Shown: positions 10,960 through 20,683, counted from the first letter of the stretch. The stretch is 64,000 nt of DNA from an uncultured Actinomycetota bacterium (GCA_963724225.1 CAVRTX010000004.1:25000-88999); one strand, 5' to 3'. Program-made: numbers and translations. Notes: generated from the letters alone by a model not told the origin.

Positions 10960-11493
10960 ATGTCCGAGACCACCGACTCCGTGATCGTGCTCAACCGTGC
11001 CCTCGACCAGATGGGCGACCTCGTCGCGGCCGTCCGGGAGGACCAGCTCGGCAACCCCACGCCGTGCCGTGACTGGAACGTGCAGCAGCTCGTCACCCAC
11101 GTGCTGGCCGCGCCCGAGCGGTTCCTGCAGATGGCGCGGGGCGAGGAGGTCGAGTGGGAGTCCACCCCGGCGCCGCCGGAGACCGGCTGGGCCGAGGAGT
11201 TCCGCGAGCACGCCGACGACCTGATCCACCACTGGCACCAGCAGGGCGAGGAGGGCGGCTCCGCCGACTGGAACACCGCCGAGTTCGCGGTCCACACCTT
11301 CGACCTCGCCCGCGGCATCGGCCGCGGGACCGACAAGCTCGACCCCGCCCCGGCCGAGCGCGGCCTGGCCTTCATGCAGCAGAACCTGACCCCGGACAAC
11401 CGGGGCCGGGCGTTCGGCCCCGAGCGCGAGGCGCCCGAGGGCGCGGACCCGTACGAGCGGCTGGCGGCGTACGCCGGGCGCGAGGTGGGCTGA
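10960..11493 (+). CDS. TIGR03086 / maleylpyruvate-isomerase-like (DinB fold) metal-binding protein
   Basis: PTPCRDWNVQQLVTH, EFAVHTFDLARG, C-terminal RLAAYAGR. Confidence 0.85.
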   Translation: MSETTDSVIVLNRALDQMGDLVAAVREDQLGNPTPCRDWNVQQLVTHVLAAPERFLQMARGEEVEWESTPAPPETGWAEEFREHADDLIHHWHQQGEEGGSADWNTAEFAVHTFDLARGIGRGTDKLDPAPAERGLAFMQQNLTPDNRGRAFGPEREAPEGADPYERLAAYAGREVG

Positions 11494-11507
11494 GGCCCGC
11501 CGGAGAC

Positions 11508-12611
11508 TCACCCCAGGTCGACGATCGCGGCCACCGGGCCGCCGCCCTCCGGACCCTGGTGGGCCGCCGAGACCGACACGAACACGGCCGGGTCGCCGGT
11601 CACCGCGGCCGTGACGCCCCCGACCGCCGCCTTGATCTGACGGTGCCAGTGGACGTCGGAGTCGTCGAGCATGGCGTTGCGGCGGCCACGCACCTTGCCG
11701 TCCTGGGACGCCTCGCACTTGAGGAACAGGTTGACCAGCCGCCCGTCGAGGTCGCTCTGGTGGGGCCGCTCGGGCAGGTCGAGCCCGGCGTCGCGGATCG
11801 CCTCCCACAGGCCGTCCTGGTCGACCGCGTCCTTCATCACCGAGTGCCCGATCCGGTAGCGGCCGCCGACGCCCCGCGCGTTGCCGACCACGACCACCTG
11901 GGCACGGTCGAGCTCGACGCCCGAGGAGCAGGACGCGACCGAGGAGTAGAGCGAGCGGTCCTTGAGCACCTGCTCGTCGGTGGGCATGTCGATCTCGCCG
12001 AGCGCGACGGCGATGCCGAGGGCGGTGCCGCCGTTGGAGACGTCCATCGAGTGCAGGGTGTCCTCGGTGAACACGGTCTTGCCGCGCGACTTGGCGTCGG
12101 CGATCGTGCCGAGCGTCAGCAGCGGCGTCTTGGTCTGCACGTAGTGGACGTCGGAGGCGTCGTCGATGCCGGCGCGCTCCATGGCGACCTTCACCGCCTC
12201 GGCGACCTTGGTCACCATCCCGGAGCGGCCGATGTCCTCGGGCAGCAGCACCTCGCTCATCGCGTAGCCCACCGTCAGCCGCATCTCGTCGGTCGGCACG
12301 ACGTCCTCGTCGGGCACCGTGGCGAAGATCGTGGCGTGCGGGCTGATGATGCCGTCGGTGCCGCCCGACCACACGATGGGGATCTCCTTGACCCGCTCCG
12401 GGTCGGCCCCCTTCTCGACCAGCGCCTCGCGGAACGCGCGGTCGGCGATGATCCGGGTGTAGTCGTTGACGCCGCCGTTGCCCTCGGTCTTGCCGATGAT
12501 CGCGACGACCCGGTCGGCCGCCATCACGCCGTCGTCGATGAGCCTGGTCAGCTCCGAGGCGTCGGCCACGGAGTGGATCGGCACCTTGCGGACCTCGATC
12601 GCGCTGGGCAT
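11508..12611 (-). CDS. bar: Barbiturase (AtzD/barbiturase ring-opening amidohydrolase)
   Basis: [66 protein letters not shown]. The GGVND and SAAHQGP variants match barbiturase rather than cyanuric acid hydrolase (GCVND, SGGAEHQGP), as I recall them. Confidence 0.9.
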   Translation of the reverse strand: MPSAIEVRKVPIHSVADASELTRLIDDGVMAADRVVAIIGKTEGNGGVNDYTRIIADRAFREALVEKGADPERVKEIPIVWSGGTDGIISPHATIFATVPDEDVVPTDEMRLTVGYAMSEVLLPEDIGRSGMVTKVAEAVKVAMERAGIDDASDVHYVQTKTPLLTLGTIADAKSRGKTVFTEDTLHSMDVSNGGTALGIAVALGEIDMPTDEQVLKDRSLYSSVASCSSGVELDRAQVVVVGNARGVGGRYRIGHSVMKDAVDQDGLWEAIRDAGLDLPERPHQSDLDGRLVNLFLKCEASQDGKVRGRRNAMLDDSDVHWHRQIKAAVGGVTAAVTGDPAVFVSVSAAHQGPEGGGPVAAIVDLG

Positions 12612-12624
12612 CAGACGGTTCCTC

Positions 12625-13566
12625 TCACTCGGTTTCATCGGGTACGACGACGGTGCCGGCGCTGCCGGCGACCGCGTCGAGGATCTGGTCGAGCTGGGTG
12701 ATGACCGCCCGCTGGCCGCCGTGCTCGACGAAGCGGCAGGCGGCCTCGACCTTGGGCCCCATCGAGCCGCTGGCGAAGTGGCCGGCGGCGAGGTGCTCGC
12801 GCAGCCGGGACACCCCGACCCGGCCGAGCTGCTCGGCGTCGGGGCGACCCCAGCGGAGCACCGCGTGGGGCACGTCGGTCGCGACGACCAGCACCTCGGC
12901 GTCGACGGTCACGGCGAGCAGCGCCGCGCCGAGGTCCTTGTCGATGACGGCCTCGACACCGCGCAGGGCGTCGCCGTCCCGTACGACCGGGATGCCGCCG
13001 CCGCCGTTGGCGACCACGACGTACCCGGCTGCCACCAGCGTGTGCACCGCGCCCGCGTCGAGGATCTCGAGCGGCTCCGGCGAGGCGACGATCCGGCGCC
13101 AGCCCTTCTCACCGCGGTCCTGCCACACCTGGCCGTGGTCCATCAGCGCCCGCGCCTCCTCCTCCGGGAGGTGGCGACCGATCGGCTTGCTGGGGGTGGT
13201 GAGCCCGGGGTCGTCGGCGTCGACGAGCGCCCGGGTCACGACCGTGGCGGTGGGCCGCTCGATCCCCCGGCGGGCGAGCTCGGTGTCGAGCGCGTTCATC
13301 AGCGTGAAGCCGAGGGTGGCCTGGGTCTGTGCACCGCACCAGTCGAGCGGCACGGGCGGGACGACGGTGGCGGCGATCTCGTTCTTGACCAGGAGGTTGC
13401 CGACCTGGGGGCCGTTGCCGTGGGTGACCACGACGTCGACGCCGGTCTCGATCAGCTCGGCGACGGCCCGCATCGCGACCGCGGCCGCGGCCTGCTGGTC
13501 CTCGACCCGCGCCCGCCCGTCGGCGTTGGTCATGGCGTTGCCACCCAGCGCCAGCAGGACCCTCAT
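12625..13566 (-). CDS. arcC: Carbamate kinase
   Basis: [55 protein letters not shown]. Confidence 0.95.
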   Translation of the reverse strand: MRVLLALGGNAMTNADGRARVEDQQAAAAVAMRAVAELIETGVDVVVTHGNGPQVGNLLVKNEIAATVVPPVPLDWCGAQTQATLGFTLMNALDTELARRGIERPTATVVTRALVDADDPGLTTPSKPIGRHLPEEEARALMDHGQVWQDRGEKGWRRIVASPEPLEILDAGAVHTLVAAGYVVVANGGGGIPVVRDGDALRGVEAVIDKDLGAALLAVTVDAEVLVVATDVPHAVLRWGRPDAEQLGRVGVSRLREHLAAGHFASGSMGPKVEAACRFVEHGGQRAVITQLDQILDAVAGSAGTVVVPDETE

Positions 13567-13600
13567 GGCGCGACCCTAGTGATCCCGGGGCCGGCCAACA

Positions 13601-13649
13601 CCAGCAACTGCGGCCAACGCCCCGGCGATCCTGTGTCAGGTGTTGCCAA
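13601..13649. promoter_or_regulatory. Tandem candidate PucR operator upstream of carbamate kinase-barbiturase
   Basis: CCAGCA-ACTGC-GGCCAA (13601-13617) and GTGTCA-GGTGT-TGCCAA (13633-13649), 32 bp apart. -10-like TAGGGT lies 6 nt before the ATG. Confidence 0.65.
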
Positions 13650-13755
13650 CCCGGTCGAGGGCGGCGTACCACCGGGCAGGCCGGCCGTCCCTGCTCACCG
13701 CGCGCAGCCGGTCCTCGATGTCGGCCCGGTGGACCCGGGTCGGGCTCGCCGCCGT

Positions 13756-13783
13756 CGGTTTCCCCGCTCGAGCGGGGAAACCG
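13756..13783. repeat. Perfect 28-bp palindrome, REP-like
   Basis: CGGTTTCCCCGCTCGAGCGGGGAAACCG; a related hairpin is at 21376-21397. Confidence 0.7.
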
Positions 13784-13839
13784 GCACCTGGCGGCCGATC
13801 TTTCCTGCGCCAAGCGTCGGACTCGCCCACCAGGTCCGG

Positions 13840-14325
13840 TCAGGGGGCCCGGCGGGCGCGCCGGTGGTGGAGCTCGCGCATCTCGGCCTCCAGCTCGGGC
13901 GCGGGGCCGTCGACGGGTACGCCGGGCGCCACCGCCCGGATCGGCAGCGGCACCACCGGCGAGTCGGCGGCGCCCCACTCCTGCCGCCACGCGACGAGCT
14001 GGGCGGAGGAGACGGCGTAGACGATGCGGCCGAGCCCGACCCAGGCGTGGGCTGCGGAGCACATCGCGCAGTGCTCGCCGGAGGTGTAGACCGTCGCCGC
14101 CGCCCGCTCGGCCGGGGTGAGGTGGGCGGGTGCCCAGCGGGCGATCTCCAGCTCCGGGTGGCGGGTCTGGTCGCCGTCCTTGACCCGGTTGCGGTCCTCG
14201 AACCGGACGGCCCCGTCCCCGTCGACCAGCACCGACCCGAACGGCTCGTCGCCGTCGTCGAACGCCTCGCGGGCGAGCTCGACACAGCGCCGCAGGTGGG
14301 TCAGGTCGGTGTCCGTGACGGTCAT
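13840..14325 (-). CDS. Zn-dependent nucleoside/nucleobase deaminase (CDA fold)
   Basis: GDEPFGSVLV, HPE and TSGEHCAMC motifs. Confidence 0.9.
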   Translation of the reverse strand: MTVTDTDLTHLRRCVELAREAFDDGDEPFGSVLVDGDGAVRFEDRNRVKDGDQTRHPELEIARWAPAHLTPAERAAATVYTSGEHCAMCSAAHAWVGLGRIVYAVSSAQLVAWRQEWGAADSPVVPLPIRAVAPGVPVDGPAPELEAEMRELHHRRARRAP

Positions 14326-14527
14326 CGGGTCAGCGCGCCGCCGCCCCCTCGACGTCGGGACCCGCCCAGAACAGTGGCGACGAGCAGGAGGGAGGAGAAC
14401 CCGAGAAGAGGGCGGACGACTCGCACGACGACACCTTTCGACGAACCCGGACTTGTCTGGGTCAGACAATGGCAGCGGTCCGCCCGGTTGACCAGACCCC
14501 CGACGTGACCGCGGCCGGGATCGCCTG

Positions 14528-15274
14528 TCAGCGGCCGCCGGCGACCCGCAGCGTCGTCCCCGTGACGTACGACGCCGCGTCCGACAGCAGCCAGGCGACC
14601 GCCTCGGCCACCTCGCTCGGCCGGCCGGCCCGACCCAGCGGCACCAGCGGACCGACCCGGTCCACCCGGCCGGGCTCGCCGGCGTCCTCGTGGATCCGGG
14701 TCTCGACGATGCCGGGCGCGACCCCGACCACCCGGATCCCGTCGGCGGCCACCTCCTGCGCCAGGCCGGTCGTGAGCGCGTCGACGCCCGCCTTGGCGGC
14801 CGCGTAGTGGACGTACTCCCCCGGCGAGCCCAGCGTCGCCGCCCCGGAGCTGACGTTGACCAGCACCCCGCCGCGGCCGCCGTGGGAGCGCCCCATGGCG
14901 AGGACCGCCTCGCGGGCCACGAGCAGCGCCGCGGTGAGGTTGAGGTCGATCGAGCGGCGGACGACGTCGACCGGCGTCTCGGCGAGCGTCCCGATGTGGA
15001 CGGTCGCCCCGGCGTTGTTGACGACCCCGGTGACCACGCCGGCCTCGCGGGCCGCGGCGAACAGCGCCGCCGGGCCGTCCGGCGCGGTCAGGTCGACCCG
15101 CACCACCCGGCAGTCCGCGCCCCGCTCGACGCAGTCCGCCCGGGTCTCCCCGGCGGCCTCGTCGTCGCGGGCGTGGCCGAGCACGAGGTCGTGGCCCGCC
15201 TCCGCCAGCCGCAGCGCGGTCGCCGCGCCGATCCCGCGGGTGCCGCCGGTGACCAGGGTCAGCGGTCGCGTCAC
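14528..15274 (-). CDS. Short-chain dehydrogenase/reductase
   Basis: TGGTRGIG, NNAG, YAAAK. GTGA overlap with the hydantoinase B stop. Confidence 0.93.
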   Translation of the reverse strand: MTRPLTLVTGGTRGIGAATALRLAEAGHDLVLGHARDDEAAGETRADCVERGADCRVVRVDLTAPDGPAALFAAAREAGVVTGVVNNAGATVHIGTLAETPVDVVRRSIDLNLTAALLVAREAVLAMGRSHGGRGGVLVNVSSGAATLGSPGEYVHYAAAKAGVDALTTGLAQEVAADGIRVVGVAPGIVETRIHEDAGEPGRVDRVGPLVPLGRAGRPSEVAEAVAWLLSDAASYVTGTTLRVAGGR

Positions 15275-17181
15275 AGCAGGTCCACGTCCGCGTGGGTGGC
15301 GCCGCCGGACAGGGTCGCGTAGCCCGGGCCCCGGTCGAAGAACGCCTCGTCGGGGGCGGGTCGCGAGGCCCGTTCGGCCGCGGTCGCGTCGCTGTCGTAC
15401 GCCAGGTCGTCGCCGTCGACCGACCCGGTCAGCACCACGCCGTAGTCGCGCAGCGCCGCCTCCGGCGACACCTTGTGCCAGACGACGTCGCGCACGACCG
15501 AGGCCGGGTCGCGGTGCAGCGGGTCGCCCCAGCCGCCACCGCCGGTCGTCCGGACCCGGATCACCTCACCGGCCCGGACGGGCTCGGCGTCGGCGAGCGC
15601 GTCGACGTCCCGCTCGCGGGGGCCGCCGGGGTCGATGGTGACCTGGAACGGCCGGCCCGCGCGACCGCCGCGTACGCCCCAGCAGGCCAGGATCGAGCGG
15701 TCGGCGATCGACATGAAGTGGGCGTCGCGGAGCATCCGGATCTGCTTCTCGTAGCCGAGGCCGCCGCGGAACTCCCCCGCCCCGCCGGAGTCGACCGCCA
15801 GCGAGAGCGACTCGACGAGGAACGGGAACCGGGCCTCGGTGAACTCGGTCGGCAGGTTCCGCGAGTCGGGGACGACGTGGATCGTGTCCTCGCCGTCGGC
15901 GTAGTAGCGCCCGCCGGAGCCGCCGCCGAGCACCTCGCGCATCAGGTAGGGACGGCCCTCGCGGTCGGTCCCGTAGACGCCGGTGTAGCGGATCGTCTCC
16001 TGGTCGGCGGGCATCCGGCCGTCGACCGCCTTGGCGACGACGCCCGCCAGCACGCCGAGCAGCCGCAGGATCACGAACGTCCGGGCGTTGGTCGGCGCCG
16101 GGAACACCGGCGTCAGCAGCGTGCCGGGCTCGGGGAACCGCATCTCGATCAGCGGCACGACCCCCTCGTTGACGTCGAGCTCGGCCATCCGCTCCGGCGT
16201 CTCGGCGAGGTTGCGCAGGATCGGCGCCAGCCACTTCTTGAGGAAGACGCCGTCGCTGTAGTCGCCGCAGTGGTTGATCGGCCCCTGCGCCTGCGGGCCG
16301 GTGCCGTCGAAGTCGAGCACCAGCCGCTCGCCGTCCGGGTCGTCGACCGGGGTCCGGGTCAGCGTGATCCGCTGCGTGTGCAGCTGCGGCTCCGCGACCC
16401 CGTCGTGCTCGGCGTAGTCCTCCCACGTCCAGCTGCCGACCGGGACCTGCGACAGGATCTCGCGACGGTACGTCTCGGTCGTGCGGCCGATGATCGCGTC
16501 GAAGCACGACTCGACCACCTCGACGCCGTAGCGGTCGAACATCTCGCCGAGCCGCCGCGCGCCCATCAGGCAGGCCGAGCACTCCGCGTCGAGGTCGGCG
16601 GCCAGCGACTCCGGCATCCGGGAGTTGCGGGTCATGATCGCGAGCGCCGCACGGTTGGGCACGCCCGCGTCCCAGAGCTTGATGGGCGGCACCATCAGCC
16701 CCTCCTCGAACACGCTGGTCGCGCTGCTCGGCATCGAGCCGGGCACCGCACCGCCGATGTCGTCGTGGTGGCCGAAGGCCTGCACGAAGGCCACCACTCG
16801 CCCGTCGCTGAACACCGGCACCGTGACGCACAGGTCCGGCAGGTGGCCGATGCCGCCCTCGGAGCGGTAGACGTCGTTGTGGAAGAACACGTCGCCCGGC
16901 TGCATCCGGTCGATCGGGAAGTCGCGGGCGACGGGGTGGACCAGGGCGGAGTACGAGCGGCCGGTCAGCTTGCGCAGCAGCCGGTCGTGGATGCCGGCGC
17001 GGAAGTCGTGGGCGTCGCGGATCATCGGGCTCCGGCTGGTCCGGGCGATCGCGGTCTCGACCTCCATCTCGACACTCGCCAGGGTGCCCTGCACGATCTC
17101 GGTCAGCACCGGGTCGGCGCCGGCCCCCGCGTCGTCGGTGAGGAAGCCGAAGGGGAAGTCGGTCGGCACCCGGCGGCTCAC
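15271..17181 (-). CDS. Hydantoinase B/oxoprolinase family subunit
   Basis: HNDVY...GIGHLPD, GHHDDIGGAVPGS, EEGL, GAGEFRGGLG, TTGGGGWGDP. Confidence 0.93.
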   Translation of the reverse strand: MSRRVPTDFPFGFLTDDAGAGADPVLTEIVQGTLASVEMEVETAIARTSRSPMIRDAHDFRAGIHDRLLRKLTGRSYSALVHPVARDFPIDRMQPGDVFFHNDVYRSEGGIGHLPDLCVTVPVFSDGRVVAFVQAFGHHDDIGGAVPGSMPSSATSVFEEGLMVPPIKLWDAGVPNRAALAIMTRNSRMPESLAADLDAECSACLMGARRLGEMFDRYGVEVVESCFDAIIGRTTETYRREILSQVPVGSWTWEDYAEHDGVAEPQLHTQRITLTRTPVDDPDGERLVLDFDGTGPQAQGPINHCGDYSDGVFLKKWLAPILRNLAETPERMAELDVNEGVVPLIEMRFPEPGTLLTPVFPAPTNARTFVILRLLGVLAGVVAKAVDGRMPADQETIRYTGVYGTDREGRPYLMREVLGGGSGGRYYADGEDTIHVVPDSRNLPTEFTEARFPFLVESLSLAVDSGGAGEFRGGLGYEKQIRMLRDAHFMSIADRSILACWGVRGGRAGRPFQVTIDPGGPRERDVDALADAEPVRAGEVIRVRTTGGGGWGDPLHRDPASVVRDVVWHKVSPEAALRDYGVVLTGSVDGDDLAYDSDATAAERASRPAPDEAFFDRGPGYATLSGGATHADVDLL

Positions 17182-19322
17182 AGGTCGCCCTCCTGGATCC
17201 TCGTCACGACCAGGTTGCGCCAGGCGTCCACCTCGACCGTGAAGCCCGGGTGGATCGGGACGGTCGAGCCGTACTCCTCGATGATCATCGGACCGGTCAG
17301 GGTGGTCCCCGGCGCGAGGTCCGTCCGCCACACCACCGTCGCGTCGACGTACCCGACGTCGGGGTCGAAGCACGCGGGACGGGTACGTCCCGGGGCGTCG
17401 AGGTCGGAGGTCGAGGTGCGAGCGCCAGCGAGCCTCGAAACCACCTCAACCTCCGAACGCCGGATCTCCGGCCGCTGGATCGGGCCGATGCCGGAGACCC
17501 GCAGGTTGACCCACTCGACCTGCTGGCCGGCGTCGTCGGCGAAGTCGTAGCCGTAGAGGGTGCGGTGCTCGGCGTGGAAGGCGTCGGCGACGGTGGCGGC
17601 GAGGTCGGCGTCGAACGGCCCCTCCGGCACCGCCACCCGCACCTCGAACGCCTGCCCGAAGTAGCGCAGGTCGGCCGTGCGCACGAAGCCGTGCTGGTCC
17701 TCGGCGAACCCCTCGCGCAGCAGCGCCGCCCGCGCGCGTCCGGTCAGCGCGTCGTACGTCGCCGCCACCTCGGCCGGGTCGAGCCGCTCGGCGAGGGTCA
17801 CGTGGGTCTGCACGTAGTCGTTCTTGACGTCGACCGTCAGCAGCCCGAACGCCGAGACGTTGCCCGGGTCGGGCGGGACCAGCACCGTCGGGATGCCGAG
17901 CACGTCCATCAGCCGGCACAGCAGCAGCGACCCGGAGCCGCCGAAGGTGACGAGCGTGAAGTCGCGGACGTCGAGGCCCCGCTTGACGGTGACCTGGCGC
18001 AGCGCGTTGGCCTGGTTCCAGGCCGAGATCTCGAGCACGCCGGCGGCGGCGGCCTCCGGCGTCATCCCGAGCGTGCCGGCCAGCTGCTCCACGCCGACGC
18101 GGGCGGCGTCGACGTCGAGCGGGATCTCGCCGCCGAGCAGGTGGGGCGGGATCCGGCCCAGGAACAGGTGGGCGTCGGTGATGGTGACCGCGCTGCCGTC
18201 ACCACCCGCGCCGCCGTGGCCGTAGCAGAGCGGTCCGGGGTCGGCGCCCGCCGACTGCGGACCGACCTTGAGCGTGCCCTCGGGCGAGAGCCAGGCGATC
18301 GAGCCGCCGCCGGCGCCGACGGTGACGACGTCGATCATCGGGATCTTCGACGGGTAGACCCCGACGCTCCCCTCCGTGGTCAGTGTCGGCTCGCCGTCCA
18401 CGACGACGCAGACGTCGGTCGACGTACCGCCCCCGTCGCTGGTCAGCACCCGGTCGAAGCCGGCGACCTGCGCGATCAGCGCCGCGCCGAGGGCACCCGC
18501 GGCCGGGCCGGACAGCACGGTGGTGATCGGCTGGTGCACGACCTCGTCGGCGCTGAGCACGCCGCCGTTGGACTTCATGACGTAGAACGGGATCTCGCGC
18601 TCGCCGTCGGGCCGGTAGCGGCTCGCGAGCCGCTGCGCGATGTTGGTGACGTACGCGGAGAGCCGCGGCTTGACGGCCGCGTCGACCAGCGTGGTCATCG
18701 CCCGCTCGTACTCGCGGTACTCGCGGAGCACCTCGCTGGAGACCGAGACGACCGCGTCCGGGTGCTCCTCGCGCAGGATCTCGCGCATCCGCTCCTCGTG
18801 GGCCGGCTCGGCGTACGCGTGCAGGAAGCAGACGCCGAGCGTGTCGACCCCGCGGTCGCGGAACCAGCGGGCCACCTCGCGCGCGCCCGCCTCGTCGAAC
18901 GGCCGCACCTCGGCGCCGGTGAAGTCCAGCCGGCCCTCGACGCCGCGGACCAGGTCGCGCGGGACGATCCGGTCGGGCTTGACCCAGAAGTAGGAGTTGC
19001 CGTAGCCGTCGGGCACCGACTGCCGGGCGATCTCGAGCATCGCCTCGTAGCCGGCGGTGGTGACGAACCCCAGCCGGTCGACCTTGCCCTCGAGCAGCTG
19101 GTTGGTGGCGACCGTCGTGCCGTGGCTGACGGCGCCGATCGCGTCGCCGCCGGCGTCGAGGACGGCCAGGACCTTCTCGATGCCGGCCAGGAAGCCGTCG
19201 GCAGGGTTGGCCGGCGTGGACGGGGTCTTGGTGGTGACGACCTCGCCGGACTCCTCGTCGAGCGCCACGACGTCGGTGAACGTGCCCCCGGTGTCGATGC
19301 CGATCCGGATCCGCCGCGCCAT
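17178..19322 (-). CDS. Hydantoinase A/oxoprolinase family ATP-binding subunit
   Basis: GIDTGGTFTD, HGTTVATN, EYREYER, SGPAAG, DGGGTSTD, GAGGGSIA, SAGADPGP. Confidence 0.94.
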   Translation of the reverse strand: MARRIRIGIDTGGTFTDVVALDEESGEVVTTKTPSTPANPADGFLAGIEKVLAVLDAGGDAIGAVSHGTTVATNQLLEGKVDRLGFVTTAGYEAMLEIARQSVPDGYGNSYFWVKPDRIVPRDLVRGVEGRLDFTGAEVRPFDEAGAREVARWFRDRGVDTLGVCFLHAYAEPAHEERMREILREEHPDAVVSVSSEVLREYREYERAMTTLVDAAVKPRLSAYVTNIAQRLASRYRPDGEREIPFYVMKSNGGVLSADEVVHQPITTVLSGPAAGALGAALIAQVAGFDRVLTSDGGGTSTDVCVVVDGEPTLTTEGSVGVYPSKIPMIDVVTVGAGGGSIAWLSPEGTLKVGPQSAGADPGPLCYGHGGAGGDGSAVTITDAHLFLGRIPPHLLGGEIPLDVDAARVGVEQLAGTLGMTPEAAAAGVLEISAWNQANALRQVTVKRGLDVRDFTLVTFGGSGSLLLCRLMDVLGIPTVLVPPDPGNVSAFGLLTVDVKNDYVQTHVTLAERLDPAEVAATYDALTGRARAALLREGFAEDQHGFVRTADLRYFGQAFEVRVAVPEGPFDADLAATVADAFHAEHRTLYGYDFADDAGQQVEWVNLRVSGIGPIQRPEIRRSEVEVVSRLAGARTSTSDLDAPGRTRPACFDPDVGYVDATVVWRTDLAPGTTLTGPMIIEEYGSTVPIHPGFTVEVDAWRNLVVTRIQEGDL
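17406..17455. repeat. REP-like element inside the hydantoinase A coding sequence
   Basis: GGTCGAGGTGCGAGCGCCAGCGAGCCTCGAAACC matches the intergenic copies at 28852-28893, 28961-28993 and 44060-44102. Confidence 0.75.
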
Positions 19323-19358
19323 GGGCCTGATTCAACCCGCCCGGCTGGGGGCCCGGCG

Positions 19359-19407
19359 AGGGCGCTACCTGCCAACCGGCCCCCCGAGCGTTGGCAACTC
19401 GTGCCAG
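19359..19407. promoter_or_regulatory. Tandem candidate PucR operator upstream of hydantoinase A
   Basis: AGGGCG-CTACC-TGCCAA (19359-19375) and TTGGCA-ACTCG-TGCCAG (19391-19407), 32 bp apart. Confidence 0.7.
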
Positions 19408-19436
19408 CCACGGGTCGGCGTGCTGGGATGGCCGGC

Positions 19437-19976
19437 ATGGTGCACGCCCTCGACGTGACGTTCGACCGACCCACCGACGACCGGGTCCGGGCCGAGTGGC
19501 AGGCGCTGCGCGACGCCGGGCTGCCGAGCCTGGCCCGCCACACCGGCGCCACCAACCGGCCCCACCTGACCCTCGACAGCCGCGACCGGACGGCCCCGGA
19601 GGCCGACGCCGGGCTGGGCGCGGTGGCCGCGCGGCTGCCGCTCGACGTACGGGTCGGGACGGTGCTGCTCTTCCACGCCAAGCAGCAGTGGGTGCTGGCC
19701 CGTCACGTCGTCGTCGACCGGTCGCTCCTCGAGCTGCACGAGCTCGTGCAGTCCGTCCTCGGACCGGGCGGCTCGCCGCTCACCGAGCCGGGGCGGTGGG
19801 TCCCCCACGTGACGCTGGCCCGCGGCATCACCGACGACCAGCTCCCGCAGGCGCTCGCAGTGGTGGCGGAGTCACCGCCGTTCACCGCGCGGGCGCTGCG
19901 GCTGCGGCGCTGGGACCAGCAGGCCGGCCGGGCGTGGGAGGTGACGGGTCAGGCGTCGACCGGCCGGTCGTTGTAG
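19437..19976 (+). CDS. 2H phosphoesterase (2'-5' RNA ligase family) protein
   Basis: Two HxT motifs, RPHLTL and VPHVTL. Confidence 0.85.
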   Translation: MVHALDVTFDRPTDDRVRAEWQALRDAGLPSLARHTGATNRPHLTLDSRDRTAPEADAGLGAVAARLPLDVRVGTVLLFHAKQQWVLARHVVVDRSLLELHELVQSVLGPGGSPLTEPGRWVPHVTLARGITDDQLPQALAVVAESPPFTARALRLRRWDQQAGRAWEVTGQASTGRSL

Positions 19977-20620
19977 ACGCCGGCCGGCTCCTGGTCGGTG
20001 AGCGCCTGGATCGCGGCCATGATCTCGTCGGTCACCTCGCGCCGCGCCCGCCCCGACGGGACGCCGGCGAAGCGGTTGGTGAAGTCGAGCGGGGGGCCGA
20101 AGCGCGCGGTCACGTCGGCGGAGAGCCGCGGCCGGTTCGAGCCGACGGGCTGGATGTCCTGGGTGCCGATCAGCCCGACCGGGACGACCGGACACCCGGC
20201 CGTGAGCGCGAGGTGCGCGACGCCGGTCCGGCCGCGGTAGAGCCGCCCGTCGCGCGAGCGGGTCCCCTCGGGGTAGATCCCGAACGCCTCGCCGCGCTCG
20301 AGCACCTCCAGCGCGGTGTCGAGGCTGGCGAGCGCCGCCTTCGTGTCCTCGCGGTCGACCGGCAGCATGCCGATCCCCTGGAACCAGGCCCGCTGCGCCA
20401 TCCCCTTCACGCCGGTGCCGGTGAAGTAGTCCGACTTCGCCAGGAAGACCACCTTCCGCGGCACGATGCACGGGATCACGATGCTGTCGACGAAGCTGCG
20501 GTGGTTGCTCGCCAGGATCACCGGGCCGGTCTCGGGCACGTGCTCCAGTCCCTCGACCGTCGGCCGCCAGACGGCGCGCGCGACGGGAGGGAGGATCGAG
20601 TGCACCACCTCGTACAGCAC
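19949..20620 (-). CDS. plsC: 1-acyl-sn-glycerol-3-phosphate acyltransferase (PlsC family)
   Basis: SNHRSFVD, FLAKSDYF, IYPEGTRS. Confidence 0.93.
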   Translation of the reverse strand: MLYEVVHSILPPVARAVWRPTVEGLEHVPETGPVILASNHRSFVDSIVIPCIVPRKVVFLAKSDYFTGTGVKGMAQRAWFQGIGMLPVDREDTKAALASLDTALEVLERGEAFGIYPEGTRSRDGRLYRGRTGVAHLALTAGCPVVPVGLIGTQDIQPVGSNRPRLSADVTARFGPPLDFTNRFAGVPSGRARREVTDEIMAAIQALTDQEPAGVYNDRPVDA

Positions 20621-20683
20621 GCGCCCATCATGCCGCCTCGTCGCCCGGCCGTGCGGGCGGGTCCGTCCCGCGTGACGGCGGGG

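Noticed and set aside
9757-11493. CoA-transferase and TIGR03086 genes as members of the pyrimidine regulon (malonate activation)
   Set aside because: They are adjacent and plausible, but I found no tandem operator upstream, so there is no sequence support.
11508-12611. Cyanuric acid hydrolase AtzD / s-triazine degradation
   Set aside because: Motifs match the barbiturase subgroup, and no biuret hydrolase or allophanate hydrolase is recognisable nearby.
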